A DNA stretch of 64,000 bases from Pseudomonadota bacterium. GTDB lineage: Bacteria > Myxococcota_A > UBA796 > GCA-2862545. Shown piece by piece: positions 1-10,224 of the stretch. The translations under genes were made by a program, and so were the position numbers. The DNA lies in the NCBI GenBank assembly GCA_947505245.1, contig CANNIZ010000002.1, forward strand, positions 150,519 to 214,518, read 5' to 3'. The notes beneath the pieces are model-generated. The model was given only the letters and a program-made list of their open reading frames with translations, made no database searches and was not told where the DNA came from. Position 1 is the stretch's first letter, and each line of letters begins with the position of its first letter.

Positions 1-144
1 TGGCTTTTCTGGATCGGCCCCGGGTTTCGGCGCCATCGCGCACGTCAGGCACGTCGCCTTGTTCTCCACGGGCATGTCTGCCCGTCCAAGCTCCGGAACG
101 AGCTTTGAATACACCTTGTCCATGCCGTCGAGCAGGTTTGCCAT
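1..144 (-). CDS. N-terminal fragment of a hypothetical protein (MANLLDGMDKVYSKLVPELGRADMPVENKATCLTCAMAPKPG...); the gene runs off the 5' edge of the window
   Basis: ATG at 144 on the minus strand opens a frame that continues past position 1. GC3-rich codons. It lies just downstream of, and on the same strand as, the DTW gene. No family recognised. Confidence 0.3.
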   Translation of the reverse strand, partial: MANLLDGMDKVYSKLVPELGRADMPVENKATCLTCAMAPKPGADPEKP

Positions 145-162
145 GCCGGCAGCATAAACCGG

Positions 163-819
163 TCACGCGCGCTTGAGCAGGGCCTCGAACGCAGTGACGA
201 GGGCCGCCTCCACGGCGGGATCTTCGCCGAGCGTGGTCAACGCGAGCCCGACGGACTCGAGCGTCGACAACGCCTCCCGGCGGGGCTCCTTGCGGCGTAC
301 ACCGTACCGGGACGGGCGCTTTGGCGCGAGGACGAGGCGCCGGCACTTGGTGAGCCACGCGTTCCGCCACCACAGCGCCTTCGCCTGGCTCCACGTACCG
401 TCGAGCACCACGAGTCCGTCGATCTCGTCGGGATCGACGGGCATCGACACGCCCTTCTTGTCCACGAAACCGGCAGGCCCCCCTACGGGGCCGAGGTACA
501 GCGCGGCCCACCGCGACGGGATCGCGTCTTCGCCGAGCGCGACCTTCAGGTTCGGCCACGACAGGCCGATGCGCAGCACGGAATTTGGCAGCACGAGGTT
601 GGTGATGCGCGCGGTGCCGAGCTTGACGTCGGGCTCCTGCGGGTGCTGAAGCAGCAGCACGCGACGCTTGGACCGCGTCGGCACGATGACGTCGCACACA
701 CACGCAGCCTTCGCCTTCCAGCACCGCTCACAGGCGTCCGCGGGAAGCTTGGCGGCCTTTGGACGGTCCGACACAGAGACGCTCTTTGGCTCGCTCACGC
801 GCCCCCCGACCGGACCCAC
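163..819 (-). CDS. DTW domain protein (family of tRNA-uridine aminocarboxypropyltransferase TapT/YfiP)
   Basis: N-terminal Cys cluster CERCWKAKAACVCD and a DGTW motif (VVLDGTWSQAKALWW), typical of DTW-domain proteins. 218 aa. Confidence 0.75.
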   Translation of the reverse strand: MGPVGGRVSEPKSVSVSDRPKAAKLPADACERCWKAKAACVCDVIVPTRSKRRVLLLQHPQEPDVKLGTARITNLVLPNSVLRIGLSWPNLKVALGEDAIPSRWAALYLGPVGGPAGFVDKKGVSMPVDPDEIDGLVVLDGTWSQAKALWWRNAWLTKCRRLVLAPKRPSRYGVRRKEPRREALSTLESVGLALTTLGEDPAVEAALVTAFEALLKRA

Positions 820-1196
820 GCGAGCACATCCGGCGGGACCACCACGAGTTTACCCACCTTGTCGACCGTGACCATCTCGACGATGCCCGTGACCGCGGCA
901 GCCGTACCGCCCGGTCGCCACACCTGCTGATCGAACGCGAGCCGGTAGTCGCTCGCGGCCGTGGCCGAGGTGCGGATCTCCAGCCGATCTCCGTGCACCG
1001 CCGGCTCCTTGAACCGCAATTCGACGCGGTACACCACGAAGCCCCACCCGGTCTCCTTGTACATCGCGGCGAGGCGCTCCACGCCGAGCAGCTCCTCGCG
1101 CGCACGCTCGAAGAACTTCAGGTAGTTGGCGTGGTAGACGACCCCGGTAAAATCGGTGTCCTCGTAGTACACCGTCACCGGGAATACGTGCGGCAC
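795..1196 (-). CDS. acyl-CoA thioesterase, 4HBT/YbgC-like hotdog fold
   Basis: 133 aa. VTVYYEDTDFTGVVYHANYLKFFERAREE is a classic YbgC/4HBT thioesterase N-terminus. It overlaps the start of the DTW gene by 25 nt. Confidence 0.8.
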   Translation of the reverse strand: MPHVFPVTVYYEDTDFTGVVYHANYLKFFERAREELLGVERLAAMYKETGWGFVVYRVELRFKEPAVHGDRLEIRTSATAASDYRLAFDQQVWRPGGTAAAVTGIVEMVTVDKVGKLVVVPPDVLAWVRSGGA

Positions 1197-1212
1197 GCCA
1201 CCTCCGTAGGAC

Positions 1213-2235
1213 TCATCCGAGGAACATCAGGCCGACGACGAGCGCCACCGCGACGCAAACCAGCGCAAACACGACGAACCCCGCCCCGATCGCCACGTGG
1301 GTCATGGACAGGCCGGACGCGCTCGGCGCGGCGGCGGTCACAGGTTTCGCCGACGGTTCCGTGACCGAGGGCAGCTCGATCGGCGCTCCCAGACCCTTCT
1401 CCAAGGCCGTCACCACCTCGCCGGCGTTCTTCGGACGGCCGTCCATGTCCTTGGAGAGCAAGCTCGCGACGAGCGCGTCCAGCCACGGCGGCACCTTCAC
1501 CGACGCCGACACGCGCGGCGCGTCCAGGTTGATCTGCTTGTCGATCACGTCGACGGTGCTGCCCGTAAACGGCGGCGCTCCCGTCAACATCTCGTACATA
1601 CAGATGCCGAGCGCGTACAGGTCGCCGCGCGGGTGGACGATCGCCGCGTTGATGTACTCGGGCGCCATGTACTCGGCGCTGCCAACCCGCGCGCCCGCCG
1701 CCGTCAGGTTCGGCGAGTTGGGATCTTCGCTGTCCACGAGGCGCGACAAGCCAAAGTCGCGGATCTTCACGAAGTCGCCGTCGGCGTTCTGCAGCAAGAG
1801 CAGGTTTCCGGGGCACAGCGCCCGATGGATGATCTTCTCTTCGTGGGCAGCTTTCAGCGCGCCCGCGACCTGGTGCGCGATGCGTACCACGCGCTCCCAG
1901 CCGAGCCGTTTGTTCTTGAGCAGCTCTTCTTCGACGGTGATCGCGTCGACGTGCTCGAGCACGATGTAGTGGAACAGCCCGCGATGGTCGCCGAAGTCGA
2001 GCATCTGAACGGAATTGGGGTGGTTGATCGTCGCGGTGGCGAGCATCTCGCGACCGAACCGCCCGAACATCTCGTGGTTCTGGGCGAACGACGGGTCGAG
2101 CACCTTGACGTCCACCACCTTCTTTCCGGGCAGCTCGAGCGCCAGGTACACGCGCCCGAGGCGATCCTCGCGCAGGTACTCCTGGATCTGGTACCGGCCT
2201 ACCTGGTGCCCGATCAACGTGTCGTTTTCAGCCAT
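1213..2235 (-). CDS. membrane-anchored Ser/Thr protein kinase-like protein, predicted pseudokinase (catalytic loop HRALCPGN)
   Basis: Hanks-type kinase fold. It has the subdomain-II lysine context (VVDVKVL), the DFG triplet (IRDFGLS), an APE motif (AEYMAPEY) and a C-terminal TM helix (VAIGAGFVVFALVCVAVALVVGLMFLG). The HRDLKPxN catalytic loop reads HRALCPGN, so both the Asp and the Lys are absent. Confidence 0.8.
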   Translation of the reverse strand: MAENDTLIGHQVGRYQIQEYLREDRLGRVYLALELPGKKVVDVKVLDPSFAQNHEMFGRFGREMLATATINHPNSVQMLDFGDHRGLFHYIVLEHVDAITVEEELLKNKRLGWERVVRIAHQVAGALKAAHEEKIIHRALCPGNLLLLQNADGDFVKIRDFGLSRLVDSEDPNSPNLTAAGARVGSAEYMAPEYINAAIVHPRGDLYALGICMYEMLTGAPPFTGSTVDVIDKQINLDAPRVSASVKVPPWLDALVASLLSKDMDGRPKNAGEVVTALEKGLGAPIELPSVTEPSAKPVTAAAPSASGLSMTHVAIGAGFVVFALVCVAVALVVGLMFLG

Positions 2236-2244
2236 GTCGGCCCC

Positions 2245-3330
2245 TCACATCAGGAAGTAGGCCGCGACGATGAGCGCGATCACGAGCAGCAGACCGCCGA
2301 GGCCCGCGAGCATCAACAGGCCCGCGCCCGCGGCCGCGGCCGCCGCCTTGCCCGAACCCGACTTCGCAGCCGGCTCGTCCGCTACGGCGGGGCTGCCGCC
2401 CAGGTGGGACTTGGTGGCCTGGGTGATGATCTCCGGCAACATCACGCGGGAGCCGAGGCCCTTCCCGATCGTCTGCATCACGACGCCGCCGTCGCGCGGC
2501 CGATCTTCAGGTTCCTTGGAAAGCAAGGCAAACACGAGGTCGTCCAGCCAGGGCGGAACGTTCGAAGCTTCAGCGGACGGCCGCGGCACGGGCCCGTCAC
2601 AGTGTTGCTCGATGACGGCGGACTTCTTGCCGCGAAACGGCGGCTGACCGGCGAGCATCTCGTACATCAGGATGCCGAGCGCATAGAGATCGCCGCGCGG
2701 ATCGACCCGGCCGCCTTCGATGTACTCCGGCGCCTGGTACGTGACCGTTCCGACGCGCGCGCCAGCGGACGTGAGAACCTCACCCGCCTGCTCGGGGTCG
2801 AGCATGCGCGACATGCCGAAGTCGCGCACCTTCACGTAGTCGCCCTTCACGTTGTTGAGCAGGAGGATGTTCTCGGGCGTGAGGTTGCGGTGCACGATCT
2901 GCGACTGGTGCGCCGTGTTGAGCACGCTCGCGATCTGGTAGGCGATGCGCGCCACCCGATCGGGGTCCATCGGGCCGGCGGTGATGTCATCGCCGAGGGC
3001 GCGCGCGTCGAACGCCTCCATCACCAGGTAGTGGAAGATGCCGCGGTGATCGCCGAAGTCGAGCATCGCGACGGCGTTCGGGTGCTCGGCCACGGTGGCC
3101 GACGCGAGCATCTCGCGCTGAAACCGCCCTGCGCCTTCGAAGTTGTTCACGAGCGTGGGGTTGAGCACCTTCAGGGTGACGCTCCGCCCGGCCGCAGGCT
3201 CGGTCGCGCTGTACACCTTGCCGAGCAGCTCCTCACCGACGTACCCGTCGACGAGGAATCGACCTACGGTGTGCCCCACCAAGGAATCAGGAGACGCCGA
3301 ATTGCCGGTCTGGCTCATGGGGCGCAGCAT
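2245..3330 (-). CDS. membrane-anchored Ser/Thr protein kinase-like protein, paralogue of the preceding gene, predicted pseudokinase (catalytic loop HRNLTPEN)
   Basis: Same architecture as the kinase at 1213..2235: TLKVL lysine, VRDFGMS, a C-terminal TM helix, and HRN in place of HRD. The start is likely ATG 3330 (MLRPM) or ATG 3318 (MSQTGN). The upstream extension to 3432 in the ORF track is probably not translated. Confidence 0.75.
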   Translation of the reverse strand: MLRPMSQTGNSASPDSLVGHTVGRFLVDGYVGEELLGKVYSATEPAAGRSVTLKVLNPTLVNNFEGAGRFQREMLASATVAEHPNAVAMLDFGDHRGIFHYLVMEAFDARALGDDITAGPMDPDRVARIAYQIASVLNTAHQSQIVHRNLTPENILLLNNVKGDYVKVRDFGMSRMLDPEQAGEVLTSAGARVGTVTYQAPEYIEGGRVDPRGDLYALGILMYEMLAGQPPFRGKKSAVIEQHCDGPVPRPSAEASNVPPWLDDLVFALLSKEPEDRPRDGGVVMQTIGKGLGSRVMLPEIITQATKSHLGGSPAVADEPAAKSGSGKAAAAAAGAGLLMLAGLGGLLLVIALIVAAYFLM

Positions 3331-3442
3331 AGCGCAGGCGGCGCTGCAATGAATCGGTCCCATGAAACGCGACGTGAAATTCTCGCGTCGCCATGGACGG
3401 GACACCCGCGCCGGCGCATGTTCCCCGCTCAATGGAGGTGCG

Positions 3443-5365
3443 ATGGCACGCTGGACCGGTGCAGACAGTCAGGAGCTCTACAACGTCCAAGGTTGGGGAC
3501 AGGGCTACTTTCGCGTTGGCGACAAGGGCAACCTGGAGATGACGCCGCCGGGCACAAACGGCGGCATCGATCTCAAGGCGCTCGTCGACGATCTGCAGCG
3601 CCGCGGAATCGCGCTGCCGATCCTGCTCCGGTTCACCGATCTCGTCAAAGCGCGCGTCGACACGCTCGTCGGCGCGTTCACGACGGCGATCAAGGAGTAC
3701 GAGTACCAGGGCCGCTACCGCGGCGTGTACCCGATCAAGGTCAACCAGCAGCGCCACCTCGTCGAAGATCTCGTCCGGTTCAGCAAGCCGCACCACCTCG
3801 GCCTGGAAGCGGGCAGCAAGCCCGAGCTCATGGTCGTGCTCGCCATGCTCGAAGATCCCGAAGCGATGGTGATCTGCAACGGCTACAAGGATCGCGAGTA
3901 CATCGAGATGGCGATGCTCGCGCGCAAGCTCGGGCGCAACTGCATCGTCGTCGTCGAGAAGTCCGACGAGGTCGATCTCGTATTGGACGTGTCCGAGAAG
4001 CTCGGCATCGAGCCCGTCATCGGCGTGCGCTGCAAGCTCGGCAGCAAGGGCACCGGCCGCTGGCAGTCCTCCGCGGGCGATCGCGCGAAGTTCGGCCTCA
4101 CGATCACCGAGATCGTCGAGCTCGTCACCAAGCTCAAGTCGAAGGGCAAGCTCGGCATCCTGCAGCTGCTGCACTTCCACATCGGGTCGCAGATCAGCGC
4201 CATCCGCGCGATCAAGGCCGCCATGCGCGAAGCCACGCGCGTGTACACCGAGCTCGCCCGCATGGGCGCTCCCATGCGCTACATGGACGTCGGCGGCGGA
4301 CTCGGCGTCGACTACGACGGCTCGAACACGAACTTCGGCTCGTCCACGAACTACTCGATCCAGGAATACGCGTACGACGTGGTCGTCGCCTGCCGCGACG
4401 CCTGCGACAACGCCGGCCTTCCGCACCCGGACATCATCACCGAGTCTGGCCGCGCGATGGTCAGCCACAACAGCGTGCTCGTGTTCAACGTGCTCGGCAT
4501 CTCGCACATGGTCGCTGATCATCGACCGGTGCAACCCGGTGAAGACGCGGACGACAGCCTGAAGGAGCTGTGGGAGGTCTACGAGTCGATCACCGAGAAG
4601 AACCTCACGGAGCCCCTGCACGACGCGCAGGAGATCAAAGAGGAGTCGCTGGCGCGGTTCAACCTCGGGCTGCTCACGCTCGAGGAGCGCGCTTCCATCG
4701 AGCGCCTGTACTGGGCGATCAGCCACAAGCTGTGGAAGACCAGCAAGACCGCGCAGTACCCACCGGAAGACATCGAGCCGATCGAGAAGGCCCTCGCGGA
4801 CATCGTGTACTGCAACTTCTCCGTGTTCCAGTCGGCCCCGGACGCGTGGGCGATCGGGCAGCTGTTCCCGATCATGCCGATCCACCGCCTGAACGAGGAG
4901 CCCACCCGCCGCGGCGTATTGGCGGACATCACGTGTGACTCGGACGGAAAGATCGACAAGTTCATCGATCGCCGCGACGTGAAGCACGTGCTCGAGATGC
5001 ACGAGCCCAACGGCCAGCCCTACTACATCGGCATGTTCCTGCTCGGCGCGTACCAGGAGATCCTGGGCGACCTGCACAACCTGTTCGGCGACACCAACGC
5101 CGTGCACGTGAGCAACATCGACGGCGGCCTCGGCTACCGCATCGACCACCAGGTCGAAGGCGACGCGGTGAAGGAGGTCCTCGAGTACGTCGAGTACGAC
5201 CGGGCGCGCCTGATCGAGCGGCTGCGCAGCGCCGTCGAGAGCGGCATCGTCGGGCAGAAGCTCTCCATGGAAGAGGGCGCCTACCTGATCGACACGTACA
5301 CGCGCGGTCTCGAAGGCTACACGTACCTGCAGGGCGGGCTCGCCCCGGCGCCTCGGAACGGCTGA
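3443..5365 (+). CDS. speA: biosynthetic arginine decarboxylase
   Basis: Clear similarity along the full length to SpeA: WGQGYFRV, YPIKVNQQRHLVEDLV, GLEAGSKPELMVVLAM, CNGYKDREYIEMA, LLHFHIGSQI, VGGGLGVDYDGS, ITCDSDGKID. The start is taken at MARWTGADSQELYNV. Confidence 0.92.
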   Translation: MARWTGADSQELYNVQGWGQGYFRVGDKGNLEMTPPGTNGGIDLKALVDDLQRRGIALPILLRFTDLVKARVDTLVGAFTTAIKEYEYQGRYRGVYPIKVNQQRHLVEDLVRFSKPHHLGLEAGSKPELMVVLAMLEDPEAMVICNGYKDREYIEMAMLARKLGRNCIVVVEKSDEVDLVLDVSEKLGIEPVIGVRCKLGSKGTGRWQSSAGDRAKFGLTITEIVELVTKLKSKGKLGILQLLHFHIGSQISAIRAIKAAMREATRVYTELARMGAPMRYMDVGGGLGVDYDGSNTNFGSSTNYSIQEYAYDVVVACRDACDNAGLPHPDIITESGRAMVSHNSVLVFNVLGISHMVADHRPVQPGEDADDSLKELWEVYESITEKNLTEPLHDAQEIKEESLARFNLGLLTLEERASIERLYWAISHKLWKTSKTAQYPPEDIEPIEKALADIVYCNFSVFQSAPDAWAIGQLFPIMPIHRLNEEPTRRGVLADITCDSDGKIDKFIDRRDVKHVLEMHEPNGQPYYIGMFLLGAYQEILGDLHNLFGDTNAVHVSNIDGGLGYRIDHQVEGDAVKEVLEYVEYDRARLIERLRSAVESGIVGQKLSMEEGAYLIDTYTRGLEGYTYLQGGLAPAPRNG

Positions 5366-5371
5366 TCGTCG

Positions 5372-6232
5372 CTAAGGCGGCGGGCGGCCCGGCTTGGACA
5401 GGTACATCCGCTTGCGCGCGTAGCTCCACACGGTGGTGCGGTGCTCGAACGCGTCGATGCCGAGCAGGGCGCGGTCGACCTGACCGAGGCCGATCGGGCA
5501 GTCGCGGTTGTCACACACCGAGAACCGGAAGTCGCGCAGGATGACGTCGCCCAGCGCGACCTCGTCGAACGTGGCGGCGCGGACCTCGATCGGACGCCCG
5601 TCGACGCCGGCCATATACGCGGCGACGGGGTCGAGGGTGCCGTGGCCGCGCAGCACGCCCCAGCGGCTGATGATGCTCGTGTTGCTACCGGTGTCGACGA
5701 TCACGTGGGAGTCAGCGTCTCCGAGGCGTACAGGCACCTCGACGAGGTGGTGCCAGAACCCGAACGGGACGACGGCCCAGTCGGCGTCGGGGGCGAAGCT
5801 GCCGCGGTCGTAGAGGACGAGCTGGTTCTGGGTGAGGTCGAGCGCGACGTCCACGGTCTCGAAGAAGTCGCGCCCCAGGATGCCGGCGATGGGCTCGCCG
5901 AAGCTCTCTTCGATGCTACCGAAGTCGACCACCGTCACGCGGTCGCGGTCCACGACGATGCCTCCGACGGCGAACCGCCCGGGGACGAGCCTCGCGGCGA
6001 CGGCGCCGCCCATCGTCTGCACGCCCACGTGACGGCCTCGACTTGCTGGAATGCCCAGCCGCGACGCCGTGAGCGACGAGATCGCCGTGCGAGAGGCGCC
6101 GGTATCCAGGACGAAGGTGCCAACGCCAGTGGGGCCGAGGTCGACGTCCAACAGCACGTGACCGGAGTCCACGCGGCGGACCGGGAGCACGACGGGATCG
6201 GCGAAGGCGACACAGGCGATGAGCGCGAACAT
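5372..6232 (-). CDS. secreted aspartic protease with two DTG active-site motifs in a single chain (bilobed pepsin/retropepsin-like)
   Basis: Signal peptide MFALIACVAFA. First lobe: VLDTGASRT followed by the hydrophobic-Gly motif IAGILGRDFF. Second lobe: IVDTGSNTS. 286 aa. Confidence 0.7.
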   Translation of the reverse strand: MFALIACVAFADPVVLPVRRVDSGHVLLDVDLGPTGVGTFVLDTGASRTAISSLTASRLGIPASRGRHVGVQTMGGAVAARLVPGRFAVGGIVVDRDRVTVVDFGSIEESFGEPIAGILGRDFFETVDVALDLTQNQLVLYDRGSFAPDADWAVVPFGFWHHLVEVPVRLGDADSHVIVDTGSNTSIISRWGVLRGHGTLDPVAAYMAGVDGRPIEVRAATFDEVALGDVILRDFRFSVCDNRDCPIGLGQVDRALLGIDAFEHRTTVWSYARKRMYLSKPGRPPP

Positions 6233-6532
6233 GCCGAAGTGTACCCGACGTGCCGGCGGTAGAACCCACCGGAAGGGCGCTTCCCGAAAGTAGAAGGGCG
6301 CGGAGAGTCGCCTCGACGGGAATACGTCCCGCCGCGAGGATTGAAAATCGGCGTTTCATCGTCAGGCGATCCCGACGTGGGGCCCCGAGGCGACTCTCGT
6401 CGCGGTTCTACTCTCGGAAGCGCACTCTCCGAACCGTTCTACGGCCAGCGCTCCCGGGGGCGGCCTCGCGCACCGGCCACGACTCCGACGCAGCCGCGGC
6501 GCGCCGGTTCCGCGGACGTGCTACCGACAGCC

Positions 6533-7186
6533 ATGCGCCGCATCGACCGCGACACCTGGGAAGCGCCGCCGGTGGAGGCCTCCCCCGACGATCGTCGCGT
6601 CCGGGGCGCGCTCGGCGGGTCGTTGCTGCTCGATCGGCCCGAGCACCGGGAGTTTCGCGATCGCATCACCGCGTTCGTCGACGCGCCTGGGCCGCTCGCG
6701 CTGGAGATCGGCTTCGACTTCGGCGAGCGGCTGTTAGGCGCGGCCCTCGCCAACCCCGAGATCCGCTGGCTCGGCTGCGAGCTTCGCCGGATCCGCGTCG
6801 AGGAGGTCGCCGCCGTGGCGCCAGGGAACCTGCTCGCGGTGCGGGCGGACGCGCGCACGCTGCTGGCGGCGCTGATCCCGCCTGGTCGGCTGACGTACGC
6901 CTACGTGATGTTCCCGACGCCCACGCTAAGGCCGTCGCACCTGCTGCTCACGCCGGACCTCGTCGCGCTGCTCGCGCGGGCGCTGGGACCGACGGGCGTG
7001 TTGCACCTCGCAACCGACGTCCCCGGCATGGCACGGCTCGCCGAGCGCCTGCTGGCCGGGTGGACGCCCGCCGCGGCGCCGCCGACGAGCCCGGTACTGT
7101 CGCGTCGGGAGCGGGTGTGCCTGCGCGACGGGCTGCCGGTGTACACGCGGATCGGGTCGCCGTCTTGGATCACCCCAGGAACGTAA
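6533..7186 (+). CDS. TrmB-like class I SAM-dependent methyltransferase with a divergent motif
   Basis: LEIGFDFGE...WLGCE...YVMFPTP...LHLATD resembles the tRNA (guanine-N7) methyltransferase TrmB, which has EIGFGMG...FPDPW...LATD. The FPDPW motif is degenerate here (FPTPT). Start chosen at MRRIDRD. The longer Arg-rich extension in the ORF track was not taken. Confidence 0.5.
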   Translation: MRRIDRDTWEAPPVEASPDDRRVRGALGGSLLLDRPEHREFRDRITAFVDAPGPLALEIGFDFGERLLGAALANPEIRWLGCELRRIRVEEVAAVAPGNLLAVRADARTLLAALIPPGRLTYAYVMFPTPTLRPSHLLLTPDLVALLARALGPTGVLHLATDVPGMARLAERLLAGWTPAAAPPTSPVLSRRERVCLRDGLPVYTRIGSPSWITPGT

Positions 7187-7516
7187 GCCCGAGCGCTACC
7201 GCCGCGGGCACCGCCTGCACGGCGATGATCCGCGGACTCACCGTCGCCCCGCCGAACAGGCCGGCGACGACGACGCACCCGAGGAAGAACTGGACCGCGG
7301 GCGCGTCACCGCGCGCGATTCCCCAAACGATGCCCGCCGCCAGGAACCCGTTGTACAGGCCCTGGTTCTTGGCGAGCACCGCGGTGAGCGCGGCGTTCTC
7401 TTTGCTCTGGCGGAACACCTTGCGCCCGAGGTCGTGCTCCCAAAGGAACATCTCGAGCACGAGGAAGCCCACGTGTTGGACGGCGACGAACGCGGCGACT
7501 GCGGTCGCCGCGACGT

Positions 7517-7520
<4 letters not shown>
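7170..7520 (-). CDS. small membrane protein, DUF1304-like
   Basis: 116 aa with four predicted TM helices. The N-terminus VGFLVLEMFLWEH is typical of DUF1304. Confidence 0.5.
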
Positions 7521-9325
<1,805 letters not shown>

Positions 9326-9418
9326 GACACCTACTCTTGGGAAGACGCCCATCTAGCCGTGTTGGGCACGCCTCCGCAACCAGACGGCCGCAAACGAGAG
9401 GCATGCTACGGTGCGAGC

Positions 9419-10045
9419 ATGCTTACGCTGCTCGCTTTCGGCTGTGCGAGTCCCGTGCCATGTCAGCCGTTCGCGGTCGCCCCGGAGCCGCGCGACCTCA
9501 GCACGCTGCCCGCGCTCGACCCCGGCAACCACCTCGGGGTGTGGCCGACGTACGAGCGGCTTCCGCCCGAGCAGCAGGACTCCGTGGAGGCACACCGCCA
9601 GCAGGCCCGCGAGGCGCGCATGCACGTGCTGATCGAGACCGTCGACAGCGACGGGTACGCGCTCCCAAAGGACCTGATGGCGGGCGAAGGCTACGCGCTC
9701 GCGGAGGGTCAGGCGTTCGACGATCCCGTGATCACCGATCGATTCGCGTGCCTGCTCGACGTCGTGCTGCCCGAACTCGAGGGCCGAGAGGTGTTCGCGA
9801 TCAGCGTCGCCAACGAACCGGACGCGCGGCTCGATGACCTCGACCCCAACTCGGCGGATGGCCTCGCGTGGGTCGAGCAGCTCGCGACGTTCACGGCGGC
9901 CGCGGCAGAAGTCGCGAGCTTTGTCCGCGAAGCCCACAAGTCTGGCCGCTCCAGGGGTCTGTCGGACGTAGGCGCCACGAATGAACGCCGCGTTTCGATG
10001 GCGTCCACGCCGCGAGATCGCCCGCAAGGGCCCCAGAGCGGCTGA
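9419..10045 (+). CDS. hypothetical lipoprotein
   Basis: MLTLLAFGCASP is a lipobox. GC3-rich codon usage supports this strand over the overlapping minus-strand ORF 9353..10087. No family recognised. Confidence 0.45.
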   Translation: MLTLLAFGCASPVPCQPFAVAPEPRDLSTLPALDPGNHLGVWPTYERLPPEQQDSVEAHRQQAREARMHVLIETVDSDGYALPKDLMAGEGYALAEGQAFDDPVITDRFACLLDVVLPELEGREVFAISVANEPDARLDDLDPNSADGLAWVEQLATFTAAAAEVASFVREAHKSGRSRGLSDVGATNERRVSMASTPRDRPQGPQSG

Positions 10046-10224
10046 ACTCCCCTGCTTTGCGCACGAAGCCCTCGAGTTCTGCCGCACGATGGGCTCCGCA
10101 GCTCAACGTCGCCGACTACTCGAGCGGCGCCAGGTGCTCGAGCATCCGTTCGAGGACGCGACGAACACGTGCGCGAGCGACAGCCCTCCGGGACCCGGCG
10201 GATACGATCGCAACCCCGCCGCGC

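Noticed and set aside
1297-4518. 1073-aa plus-strand ORF
   Set aside because: Arg/Ala/His-rich and low-complexity. Lies antisense to the two kinase-like genes and partly out of frame through speA. Typical high-GC shadow ORF.
3287-5149. 620-aa minus-strand ORF
   Set aside because: Antisense to speA, which has unambiguous full-length homology. The composition is V/A/D/R-rich with no motifs.
9353-10087. 244-aa minus-strand ORF
   Set aside because: Arg-rich and overlaps the better-supported plus-strand lipoprotein ORF, which has a lipobox and GC3-rich codons.
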